Source: the human T2T-CHM13v2.0 reference genome, Homo sapiens. Taken from it: a DNA stretch of 64,000 nt. This document shows positions 39,163 through 52,726 of this stretch, piece by piece; positions within the stretch are counted from its first letter, which is position 1, and each line of letters opens with the position of its first letter. Made by a program: the position numbers and the translations under genes. The stretch is taken from the NCBI RefSeq assembly GCF_009914755.1, contig NC_060933.1. The stretch is one strand, 5' to 3'. The notes under the pieces are model-generated. The model saw only the letters and a list, made by a program, of their open reading frames with translations, ran no database searches and had not been told where the DNA came from.

Positions 39163-39662
39163 TCAAAGGCTCACTCTGGGGGCCTGAGTGAGGAATTGGC
39201 TACATGTGGTTGGGAGACATCAAAGGACCCAGGACCCCTGTGACCAGAGAAAAGGGGTCTAGGGCGCCTTCACACCAGGGTATTAGAAATGCTACGTTAA
39301 GGGCAATATGCAATAAACGGGGGACTGGCGCGGCAGGGTTCAGGCACTCTGAGTCGGGCTGAGGCTTCAGAGCCTGCCCCGCAAAGGCACGGCTGCAGAA
39401 CGTGGCAAGCCTGCCGGGCCCTGCCTTTGTAACTGCGCCTCCCCTCCCCCTGTCTCACTGTTCCCATGCCGCGTTACTGTGAGATCCTGTGTGCTACTGT
39501 GTGCACAGCCCTCTGCAGTTCACAGTGGCCTTTCCACGTCCCTTTTCCGGTTGAATTCGCCTGACTGACAGGGAGGCGGGACAGGGCTGGTCTGCACGCT
39601 AGTGAAGCACTGGTGGCTGCAGGTCTTTGGGTCCCCATCCATGGCAACCCCCAGCTCCGTGG

Positions 39663-40347
39663 TCAGCTCCTCAGGCAGCTGATATCCTTGTCCAGTGTAG
39701 AAAAGCGGATCAGCTTCAGGCTGGGTGGCTGGGGCTTCCTGTCGTCCCAGAGGTACTCGGGGGACAGCACCTTGGACGGCTTGTTTGAGATGAAGTGACG
39801 GTTCAGGTGGCTTTCCTCCCGCCAGGCAGCCATGATGCCATTGGCCTTGTCCGCCAGGATGGCCATGTGGCAGCCCCTAGTAAACTCATATACCCTGGCC
39901 ACCTGCCCCCCGAAGACTGCCCCACCATAATAGAAGTCCCCTTCGCTGTCTGCCACAAAGGCAGTGGAAACACGCCTGCGCTCATAGGGGAACTGCTGGC
40001 GGGGAACGGCGTAGTAGCTTGGGTGAATGGCAGCCACCAGGTCTCCCAAGGTCTCAGGGCCCCACGGGTTCCGAAACACCATGTCCACATCAAGGCAGAA
40101 GAGGTAGTCCACCTCCCGGTGAGCCCTCTTAGCAATGTGCTGGCTGATGGTCTCCATCCGGCGCATGGATGTCTCCTCCCAGTGGGAGTGACCCTGGATG
40201 GGGATGGAGCTGAGAAGCCGGTGGGGACCCAGCGGGACCCCGGGAACGGCTGCAGGGTTGTCAGTGAAGATGTAGTAGTGCACCCGGTACCCACGCATGA
40301 AGAACTCCTCGGCTGACTCCAGGAAGGACTGGATGAAATGAGTGTAC
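39663..40347 (-). CDS. GBGT1: GBGT1 exon 7 (catalytic GT6 domain, codons 120-347 and stop)
   Basis: YTHFIQSFLESAEEFFMRGY...CLDVDMVF...DFYYGGAVFGG...AAWREESHLN...DISCLRS*. DVD motif 40083-40091, GGA motif 39918-39926, acceptor tag|G. Spliced CDS totals 1044 nt. Confidence 0.97.
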
Positions 40348-41263
40348 CTAGTGATGATCACCCGGTCACCCACTGCTACACCAGCAGCCTGCCAGGGTCC
40401 CCACTGTGTGCTGGGGTCAGCCAGGCTGGGGTCCACTTACCAGCTCCCCATCTCAAGATGTCACTCTGCTCTGGCCCTCTGGGTCCTCATTTGTCCAATT
40501 CCCAAAATGCTAGTACCAGCCTCTTACGGCTGTTGTAAGCATGTTCCTGGTAGAGATTCTTATGCTCCTAGGCCAGGTGAACTTTTACTGAGCAATTTCT
40601 AAGTGCCCAGCGACGTTCTAAGAATTCTTATGATCTTTGATCTGCATAAGCATGCCCATTTTACAGGCAGGAACATTGAGGATCACAGAGAAGAAAGTAG
40701 TGAAGAAGCAGGTAAGTGGACGAATCAAGGGAAGGCAAGTTGAGCTAGATGCTGGGGGCATGGAGGGGGGTGTGGTTGACACAGCCCTGCCCCCAGGCCA
40801 AAACTCATTGGACAAGGGGGTCACCTGACCCTAGGTGGACCATTCATCATCTGGTCATGCTTTAGGGCCCCAGGAAGTTCCAGGAAGGAGTCCCAGAGGC
40901 CCAGAGGAAGGCTGCCAAGCGGCAGCTCCTAAAGGAAGGCCAGGTGGGGTCATGGGAGAGACAAGGGCAGAGGAGGGGTCTAGATGAAACAGGGAGGGGC
41001 AAGGGGGCCTCCTGACAAAGGCTCCTGCTGTCCCCTCACCTGGACTCTGCATCCTGTCTATGCTAGAGCCAGATCCCCTACTCCAGGAAGCTCCCATCCC
41101 ACTATCACACCCTACACTGTACTTTCTATCTGCTTGGCACCTGGTTCCGAGCCTCCTGGGTGCCCAGCAGGGTCCTGTGTGCACGTCTGGTCTGGTCTCT
41201 TCCCAACTATAAACTCCTGTGGCTCAGGGAGACCTCCCTCCCCTTCCCCAGCCCACTACTCAC

Positions 41264-41398
41264 TTCCCCACGGCAAACACCGTGACCCCAATGGTCAGGT
41301 TCAGTGGCTGGTAGATGTGCTGCAGAAGCTCTGGGTTGAAGGTTCCCTCGGAGACGATGGGCGCCAACCAGGGTGTGAGTGTCAGCAGCTGTGTGGGC
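41264..41398 (-). CDS. GBGT1: GBGT1 exon 6 (PTQLLTLTPWLAPIVSEGTFNPELLQHIYQPLNLTIGVTVFAVG)
   Basis: 135 nt, cag|G acceptor, AA|GTGAGT donor, and the GT6-family TPWLAPIV motif. Confidence 0.96.
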
Positions 41399-41986
41399 CT
41401 GGCAGCAGGGGGGCCGTGGGCACTGAGACCCTCCCCTGTGAAAGCCTAAGTCTCATCCCAGCCCTGGCTCTCACACTGTGTGACCCGGGGCAGCTTCGTC
41501 CCCATCTCTGGGCCTCCCTTTCCTCATATGGAAAGTGGGGATAATGATAGCCACCTCCCAGCAGGGTTGGGAGTACCAGGAGTTAACGCACACCAAGGAG
41601 AAGCCTGGCATTATTCATATGTGCCAAGCCCCTAATAAATGAGGGTCATTAAAAAGGGCAAGACCACGTTGTTATGAACAATGGCCTGAGCACCTCCTGA
41701 GTGCAAGCACGGTGCAGATGTTACAATACCTCTCATCTGCTCCTCCAAACTCCAGTGAGCTAGGCACTACTATCCACCTGCACAGAAAAAGCTCAGAGCA
41801 GTTGGGTACGCTGCCCAGGGTCACACAGCCCAGGTCCCTGACTCCCAGCCCTGTGTCTTTCCACAGTCCCTAACTCTCTGGGCCCCAAGGCCACCCTGAT
41901 GTTAGCACCTCCACTACCCCACCTTATAAATCAGAGCTCTTTTGTCCTTTTCCCCCGCCCCCATCAGGCCTCTCCATGACACCTAC

Positions 41987-42022
41987 CTGTGCTCCAGCAG
42001 CTTGGGCTGAGGGTACTGTGAC
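41987..42022 (-). CDS. GBGT1: GBGT1 exon 5 ([11 protein letters not shown])
   Basis: 36 nt, ttgcag| acceptor, AG|GTAGGT donor, in frame. Confidence 0.93.
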
Positions 42023-42100
42023 CTGCAACCAAGAAGGACCAGTGGTGGAGGAGAGCCACCACCCTCACGGCCACAAAAGAGGAAATGCCAGTCTCCTTAC

Positions 42101-42151
42101 CATACCACGGGCTGGAGTGGCTTCTCCCTCTTGTAGTGCAGCTTCATGTTG
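42101..42151 (-). CDS. GBGT1: GBGT1 exon 4 ([16 protein letters not shown])
   Basis: 51 nt, ccaccag| acceptor, TG|GTAAGG donor, in frame. Confidence 0.93.
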
Positions 42152-42465
42152 CTGGTGGCAGAGGCAAGAAAGAGCCATCATCATGGGTCTGGGGACAGAG
42201 ACACTCAGCACAGGAAGAAGGAGGAGTCAGAGGCCCCTGCGGGTGGGCTCCCAGGGTCCATGCAGGCTCCCTCTGACCTTCCCCCACAGCCCCACCCGAC
42301 TCTACAGAGGAGCTGGGGACCCCTACAGAAGTGATCTGTCCAGGGTCACTGAGAGAGTAAGTGGCAGGGCAGTGATTCGAACCCAGTGCCGCTTGCTCCC
42401 AAGGCTGATGCTTTTCCAACCATGTCGCTCTCGTTGTCGGAAAGAAGATTTGAAAACCTGCAAAG

Positions 42466-42802
<337 letters not shown>

Positions 42803-43004
42803 CTAAGAGCTAATTAACCTGAGCCCACTGTAATGGTCAGTTGTAGGCAATCCTCCTGCCTTAGCCTCCTGAGTAGCTGGACCTGCCAGGCACTCATTAC
42901 CACCCCCGGCTGATTTTTTAAAATTTTGTAGAGATGGGGTCTTACTATGTCGCCCAGGCTGGTCTGTGAAAGTATTTTGTAGATGTGATTAACATTCTAT
43001 ATCA

Positions 43005-43397
<393 letters not shown>

Positions 43398-43953
43398 AAC
43401 TTCACCTGTGGGCTGTGGTGTCTGCTCCTATCTGAGTTTCAGCTGCTTAGCCAGCCTCACCATCACATAAGTCAATTTTCCTAGGTATGTTGGCCATCTG
43501 TCTACCTTCCTACCTCTTACTGGTTCTGTTTCTCTAGTGGAACACTGACTGCCATTTCTCTGCATCTGCAAAATGGGCAAAACCATCCTTAGCCTTAGCG
43601 ATGTGGTGAGAGTTACACAAGGTGTGTGAGGGGCTCTTGACCATGTCCAGCATGGAGCAAGTGCTCAGTAAGGTGAGGGATCCTGGGCAAGTCTTGGCAG
43701 GCAGCCTCCATGGTCAGTTTCAAGGTCAAACTGGTTGGAGAAGAAAGAAGGGGGTCCATGAAGGAGGTGCCAGGGCTGTAGGGTCAGACCCCTGGGCTCA
43801 CCTCTGGCTCTGCCACTAACTGGCCCAGGGACCTGGAGCCAGACAGTTGACCCTGTGAACTTTAGTTTCCTCATCCACAAAATGGGGACAATAAAACCAT
43901 CCACTTAGAGTGTTTCCAGCAGGTGGAAGCGAGGTGCAGAGAAGGGAAAGACC

Positions 43954-44668
<715 letters not shown>

Positions 44669-44744
44669 CCCCTGTGAGTTTCAATACATCATGTATGATG
44701 GGGTGGCTGAAGCCTCCTTGAACTCTTCCACCTCTAGGCTATGC

Positions 44745-45359
<615 letters not shown>

Positions 45360-45602
45360 TGAATCAACAATTTTTTAAAGTCAGTTCGTCAAATTGGCCC
45401 TCTGCCCTAGTTTCCTACAAGAAAGCATGTTTCAGGGCCCTGCTCAGAAAGCCCTGGGATTCCAAGAAGCGGTCAGGAGTTAGAAGGGGTACCAAACAGC
45501 CCAGCATTCTGTGCCTCCCTGGCAGCGAGCTCCTCTTTTCTCTCCACAAGCCCAGACACACTCCAGCTGCAGTGAAGAGTTACATACAAGAATACAAAAG
45601 CA

Positions 45603-45890
45603 GGCTGGTGTGGTGGCTCATGCCCGCAATCCCGGCAGGGGCGAGTTGGGACGACCCCTTGAGGCCAGGAGTTCCAGACCAGCCTGGGCAACATAGTGAG
45701 ACCCTGTCTCTACAAACAAATAAAAAAAATTAGCTAGGAGGTGTGGTGGTGAGTATCTGTGGTCCTAGCTACTCAGGAGGCTAAAGTGTGAGGATCACTT
45801 GAGCCCAGGAGGTCAAGGCTGTAGTGAGCTGTGATCGTGCCACTGCACTCCAGCCTGGGCAACAGAGCCAGACCTTATCTCCCTCCGCCA
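45603..45890 (+). mobile_element. AluJ-like SINE
   Basis: Diverged Alu consensus. Confidence 0.85.
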
Positions 45891-46092
45891 CGCACACACA
45901 CAAGATAGACAAACTGGAAAGAAAAAAAAAAGTTGTAGGTATACTTAGCCAAGAGTGATGATAGAGAACCCACAAACGGACCAAACAGAGAAGGTGGGGA
46001 AGAAGCACTTCACACAAGAAAAATTTCAATTAACGGGAAGACGTAGGGAAATGAGAGTCTCACTAGTAATAATAAAAAAAAAAAAAAATTAA

Positions 46093-46364
46093 GGCCAGGG
46101 GTGGTGGTTCACGCCTTTAATCCCAGCACTTTGGGAGGCCGATGAGGGGGCGAAGCCTGGCCGAAGGGGGCAAAGACCAACCTGGCCAACATGATGAAAT
46201 GCTGTTTCTACTAAAAATACAAAAATTAGCGTGTGTGCCTGTAATCCCAGCTATTCAGGTGGCTGAGGCATGACAATTGCTTGAACCCGGGAGGTGGAGG
46301 TTGCAATGAGCTGAGATCACGCCACGGTACTCCAGCCTGGGTGGCAAAGCGAGACTCTGTCTCA

Positions 46365-46413
<49 letters not shown>
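46093..46413 (+). mobile_element. Alu SINE with (AAT)n tail (46366-46413)
   Basis: Alu consensus with internal deletions and a trinucleotide tail. Confidence 0.88.
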
Positions 46414-46420
<7 letters not shown>

Positions 46421-46793
46421 ATTTATACCAAAGAGGATAGCATTTTCCCTCTCCCAATCAGCAAGGTAGGTTCATTTTTGTTTTCATAACCTCTGGTATT
46501 CCCAGCAGTAGCCCAGGTGTACTACACGGTGGCTTTGCTGGGTACTGCTTGGGCAGGGCACATGAATGAGTGACTGATGTGCTGTGGTCCTTCTGGAAAT
46601 AACCCAATGAGTTGGATCAGAACCTATCCACATCCTCCGGCCACTAAGGGAACATATCTGAACAAAATGATCTTTGAAATGGAGAAAGGGTTATGCTGCT
46701 CATCACAAACTAACTGAGAGCCCTGGGAAATTGGGAGCAACCTAAATCCCGAGAGCAATTGGTGGTGGGAAAGAGAGAGAGGCTCAAAAATTA

Positions 46794-47150
<357 letters not shown>

Positions 47151-47564
47151 TCACATGTTCATTTGTTCCTTGAATCCATGGAACACAAAATTGAGCAACA
47201 AGGTCAAGTCCTAAAAGCACTGAACACAACCCCTGCTGGTCACCGGGAGCAACAGCAGGCTGTTTATGGGCATCTTTGCACTCTGTGTTCTCAGTGGCCA
47301 GACACAGCAAGCAAGGCTCACAGCTGTGCAACATGTGGACGGTCAGACCATGCAGGGGGCTGCAAGGATGCTGGAAGACCGAAATGGGAATTTCACTTCA
47401 CGCTTGTCACAGCCCTTAAATTACATAAATACTATTGCATTTATCAGAAACATGAACTTAGGAATCAGGAACCGGCAGATGAAGTGAACTTAAATACTCT
47501 CCTGTCTCCCCAACTGTGAGCAGCCCTCAGGGCCCCCAGTTCTCCTAGCCACACCCATACTTAC

Positions 47565-47630
47565 AAGATCTCTGGGCAGGGGAGATAATAGGGGACATAG
47601 GAGACTGGCAGCCAGTTCTCAAGATACACC
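47565..47630 (-). CDS. GBGT1: GBGT1 exon 3 (VYLENWLPVSYVPYYLPCPEI)
   Basis: 66 nt, long T-rich tract plus cacag| acceptor, TT|GTAAGT donor, in frame. Confidence 0.95.
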
Positions 47631-48182
47631 CTGTGAATAAAAAAAGAAAAAAAATCTGTTGATCCACTCTGCACCAGAGGCTGAAAACGCACCTCATGCA
47701 CGTCATTGGGAGTGCAGGTCTCCCACAGTGCATTAGGAGGCCAGGTCCCCTGTCATTCTGTAGGTCTGGCTGACCTTGGAGGACAAAGCCTGCTGGTATT
47801 CCTGGCATGTGTCACAGGGCCTGCCATGCAGTCATTCATTCACCCATAGAGTCATTCATTCCTAGGGAGTGTATATTCTTGATGCCAGGCCCCCCACACA
47901 AACAGCAGGGTGAGGGGCAGCCCCAGGAGCTTCATGGAAGGACAGAAACAGAGGGTGAATTTGGGAGCATGAACGGGGATTCCCCATCAACATTGGTTGA
48001 AGGATGATCCAGGCAGAGAAAAGAGCAAGTCAAAGGCCAGGAGGCCAGTACAAGGCAGAATTCAGAAGCCGGAGACACTAGTTGGGTCTTGTTGGGGCTG
48101 GGGTTGGAGAACAGGTGAGTCAGGAGGGGTTGGTGGGATCTGGAATCCTATGAGGAGATCAAGGTTTTGGGGTTGATCTGCA

Positions 48183-48419
48183 GAGACAGGGGGAGTCCTG
48201 GGTGGGGATAGAGACAGGGAGAGTCCTGGGTGGGGATAGAGACAGGGGAAGTCCTGGGTGGGGATAGAGACAGGGGGAGTCCTGGGTGGGGATAGAGACA
48301 GGGGGAGTCCTGGGTGGGGATAGAGACAGGGGGAGTCCTGGGTGGGGATAGAGACAGGGGGAGTCCTGGGTGGGGATAGAGACAGGGGGAGTCCTGGGTG
48401 GGGATAGAGACAGGGGGAG
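48183..48419. repeat. 28-bp G-rich minisatellite (gagacagggggagtcctgggtggggata) x ~8.5 in GBGT1 intron 2
   Basis: Units start every 28 bp from 48183 to 48407 and are near-identical. Confidence 0.97.
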
Positions 48420-48438
48420 CTCCGTGGGGCAGACTCAC

Positions 48439-48509
48439 CACAGGACACTGAAGCTTGTGCCCGCCAACAGGCAGAACCCCAGACCCAGGGCCAGTCTCCG
48501 GCGATGCAT
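48439..48509 (-). CDS. GBGT1: GBGT1 exon 2 coding part (MHRRRLALGLGFCLLAGTSFSVLW; cytoplasmic tail and TM anchor); whole exon 48439-48629
   Basis: ATG at 48509, basic tail plus hydrophobic stretch, TG|GTGAGT donor, acceptor tttgcag| before 48629. Confidence 0.95.
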
Positions 48510-48643
48510 TGCTGGGGGCTGCACCTGAGCCTGGGCACTTGTAGAGACCCCCACCGGCCTGGGCGGATGAGGCTGTCCCCTCGCAGGGATGTCAGGCTCT
48601 GAGCCTGGTCTCTGAGGTCCCAGGAACACCTGCAAAGGAACAC

Positions 48644-48930
48644 TTTTGTTGTTTTGAGATAGAGTTTCACTCTTGTCAACCGGGCTGGAGTGCAGTGGCG
48701 CAATCTCCATTCACTGCAACCTCTTCTCTTGGGTTCAAGTGATTCTCTTGTCTCAGCCTCCTGAGTAGCTGGGATTACAGGCACAAGCCACCATGCCCAG
48801 CTAATTTTTGTATTTTTAGTAGAGAAGAGGTTTCTCCATGTTGGTCAGGCTGGTGTCCTGACCTCAGGTGATCCACCCGCCTCGGCCTCCCAAAGTGCTG
48901 GGATGACAGGCTTGAGCCACTGCACCGGGC
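48644..48930 (-). mobile_element. Alu SINE
   Basis: Antisense Alu consensus in GBGT1 intron 1. Confidence 0.9.
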
Positions 48931-49049
48931 CAGGAATGCTCTTTATGGGGAGACGGTGACCCCAGCCCTGCAGCCCTGCCCTCCCTCGGTCACCCACTGC
49001 GGTCATGTGGACTCTAGGTCCCGCTGGACCCCGGGCTCAGCTCTGGCAG

Positions 49050-50250
49050 CTCTGGGAGGCGCACGGTGGCAGTGGCTCGGTGCTCAGCTGTTGCTTCCAG
49101 CTGTCCTTTGGGAGAGGGGCTGGGACCGACTTCGCAGAGGCCGCGAAGGCGGATCCCTGCCTTGGCTCCCGCGTCTCCGTACTAGGTCCATTGTCAGAGG
49201 TGAGCCGAGGCCGCCGGGAGGGGTGCATGGGCCAGTCCACCGTCCGCTGGAAATCAAGCACCGAGGCACAGCGAGGACACATGCAGTCCCAGCGCAGGAT
49301 GCGCGGGAAGGGGCGCCCAGGATTCCCCGAGGGGAGCGAGGTGGCCGCTGTCCACCTCTCCGGGAGGCAGGGGCCGGGTTCTCCACGGAACGATGGGAAC
49401 GCGCCTCAACTCGCTGGCTCGTTGACCTTGGGCCAGTCATCCCCTGCTCCCGGCCTCAGTGGATGGGGGGCGGCACGCGGCGCCCGGGGGGAGGACACGC
49501 GGGAACGGCTGTAAAACGCTGGGCGCAGCCCGGGCCACAGTGAGCGGAGAGCCGGGGTCCTGGGGATTAGGCCGCTGCCACTCGGGAGTGTCCGGCAAGC
49601 CCTCTCCCTCTCTCTTCCTCTGGGGCCTCAGTTTCCCCACCCGGGCCTCCAAGCCCCGTCTCGCCCCCGCCTCCCGCGAACGCAGAGCCCAGCCCCGAGC
49701 GCCGCCGGCCCCAGTCCGTGGTCGGGACCCGGGACCCTGGGTCCGAGATGCGCACCTCCTGGGCTCAGGGCCCTCCTCCTTGGCCCCTTGCGTGGCAGGG
49801 ACTGGGTGGGGCCAAGGGAGCGCGACTGTCCCTACGGGGTGCAGACTTACTCCTTGCTGCCGGCCCGGCGTTAGGACGGTTGGAGGGGCGCCACCCCGGC
49901 GCGGAAAACGGACTCAGCTGGCCTGGGCCCCCGCGATACCCGGGCGATCGGCGGCGCAGGTGGAGCCTGGAGCAGGGCAGGCAGCGGGGCCGCGGGCCAG
50001 ACAGAAAAGAGGAAGACAGACAGGAAAGAGGACAGAAAAGAGAAGCCAGACGGGAAAGAGGGCGCCGCAGCCCCGCCCACCTACCGCAGGCCCCGCCCCT
50101 GCGGTCCGAGAGCCCCTTCCCTGCGGCCTGGGAGCAGGATCCCGGGGGACCGAGCGCCTGAGCTGACCCCTGGGCCTGGCTTCCGCTAGCCGCCTAGAAC
50201 TCTGCCTAGGATGCAGCAGGCCCAGCTCGGGGGGCCGAGAACCGCAGGTC
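49050..50250. promoter_or_regulatory. GBGT1: CpG island / GBGT1 promoter with GC boxes at ~50071-50100
   Basis: High CpG density and ccccgcccac / ccccgcccct motifs. Confidence 0.85.
49851..50010 (-). other. GBGT1: GBGT1 non-coding exon 1 (5' boundary approximate)
   Basis: Donor GGA|GTAAGT at 49850 inside the CpG island. The TSS cannot be fixed from sequence alone. Confidence 0.7.
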
Positions 50251-51647
50251 CGGGGCCATGGTAGGGTGCGGGTGGAGAAATGAAGCGATTTGTGGGGAAA
50301 ACCTTACCTTGTTTATAAGAGCTTTGAAGCAGTCACGGAAAGGGAGAACCAGCTGGACGCAGCTTGCTGTCCGGTTTAGGATCTGTCCTCCTTTGCTGGG
50401 GGCCTCTGAGCCAGGCGCCCCTACCCAGCGAGGGGACACAAGTGAGTGGCTCCCAGAATTACCCGGAGCCTCCGTGTTCTCTTCTGTGAAATGGGACTGG
50501 CCACACTTTCTTCCCACGGCCTGTCGGGGTTGCATTATCCCTTCCACGAAGGGCTACTCTTTTCCACCCCAGGGACTCTGGGACCCCAGGAGAGACCCTC
50601 TTGCAGCTCACCAGAGGTCCGCCAGTGCATGGGGTAGAAAGTTTTCGTAGCAGAAACCTCTCCTAGGAAGGGTGCGAGAGGGGAGGGACAGTAAGGCGAA
50701 ATGAAGGGGCCCTAAGGGAAAATAAAAGAGAGAGTGACCCAAGGGGTGGGGGGTGGGACCCAGCCAGAGACGGGCTCAGAGAGGTTATGGGTGTGCTCCA
50801 GGTCACAGTGCAGCTGGAAGTTGGAAACCCAGCCCTGCCTGGTGCCTGGGCACAGCCTCCCAGGCCCCTCAGGGGTGTGATGATTACCTGTGTCCTTGGG
50901 GTTTCTCTAGAGCACCTTGGGGTTCCTGTAAGGCAGGGCCTGTTTTCTCAGTCTGCAGGAGCCTGGCACCGGCCCTGGGAGCTGGTGAGTGCTGTTCAAA
51001 AGGTCATGCTTCCACCTTTTCGCTGCAAACACTAGCTCCCTGGGACCTGGTCTGGGATCTGCTGATTCATTTTCCTTACTCAGTTTATGTTTGCAAAGTT
51101 CCCTGGTCTGCCTTCCAGACACTGATGCCTCTCTGGGAATTGTTTTCTAATACAGCTTTAAGGTGAGCAAGACAGGGCCGACCTAGCCCTATGGCTGTGC
51201 CTACTGGCTGCAGCCCTCCCTTGGCCCATCCAGCAGTCTCTCCATCCCTCCCCGCTGCACCCCCAGAGGAGAAAAAATGTGGCCTAAAGACAGCACTGGC
51301 CTGGAGGGGGCTGGGTGCAAAGGTGAAGAAAGACAAGAGAGACCTCCGTGACTTAAAAATATAATAATCAAAGGCAAGGGAGGTAAAAGGAAGATGGGAG
51401 AAGACACTGTAGGTGGATGTGGGCATCTTTCTCATCCGGGAGTTAAGTGGGCTGAAATAGGAATGTAGGCAGAGACTTGCAGTGTTCAAGGGAACCAGAA
51501 AGAACAAATCCAAGCCAGGCAGAGTGGGAGAAGAGCAGTGGGGAGAAGAGTCACTGCTAGCCTTCCAGTTCTGTCTCTCTCTGTCTCTGTTTTTCTGTCT
51601 GTCTCTCTCTATATGACTTAAAGAAAACTCTTATTAAATATTACTTA

Positions 51648-52191
<544 letters not shown>

Positions 52192-52642
52192 TGAGGAGGT
52201 GGTGGGCCACTGAAGCTGGGACCCAGATCGGCGCTTCCACTGCTAGCTGTGGGTGAGATGCTGTCCCTGCTTTTGCGCTGTGAGCTCTCAGGACAGGGAT
52301 GGTGTCTGGGGTTCACTGTCATATTCCAGGTGTCTGCACACAACAGGGGTGCTGGATGCATGAATGAGTGAAGGAATGAATGAAACCAAGACTTCTTTGT
52401 GTCTCAGGTTCCTCCTCTGTCAAATAAGAGTACCTGCTTCAAGGGGCTGTTGGGAGGATGACACTGATTCATTCATCTATTTATTCAATAAATGTGAAGT
52501 GCCTCCTGTGCCTGAGGCTCTGTTCTAGAGGCTAAGAACACACGGTGAACAAGCACGTTCCCCGCCGGTGTGGAGCACCCCCCACCCCGAGCAGGGTTTA
52601 AATGAGGAAAGACGGGTCTCAGGCACGTGGTCCAAGCTCAGC

Positions 52643-52726
52643 GAGGGCAGCGGCTGGGATCGGGAGGTCAGAGGGCAGCGGCTGGGATCGCGAGGTCAGA
52701 GGGCAGCGGCTGGGATCGGGAGGTCA
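52643..52726. repeat. 28-bp tandem repeat (gagggcagcggctgggatcgggaggtca) x3
   Basis: Units at 52643, 52671 and 52699 with one substitution. Confidence 0.95.

Noticed and set aside
39795-40316. 173-aa antisense ORF over GBGT1 exon 7
   Set aside because: Shadow frame caused by codon bias of the real exon; no promoter or splice evidence.
40348-40436. N-terminal part of the 257-aa ORF (MDPSLADP...VIITR)
   Set aside because: Intron 6 sequence; the exon starts at 40347 and the spliced CDS is complete without it.
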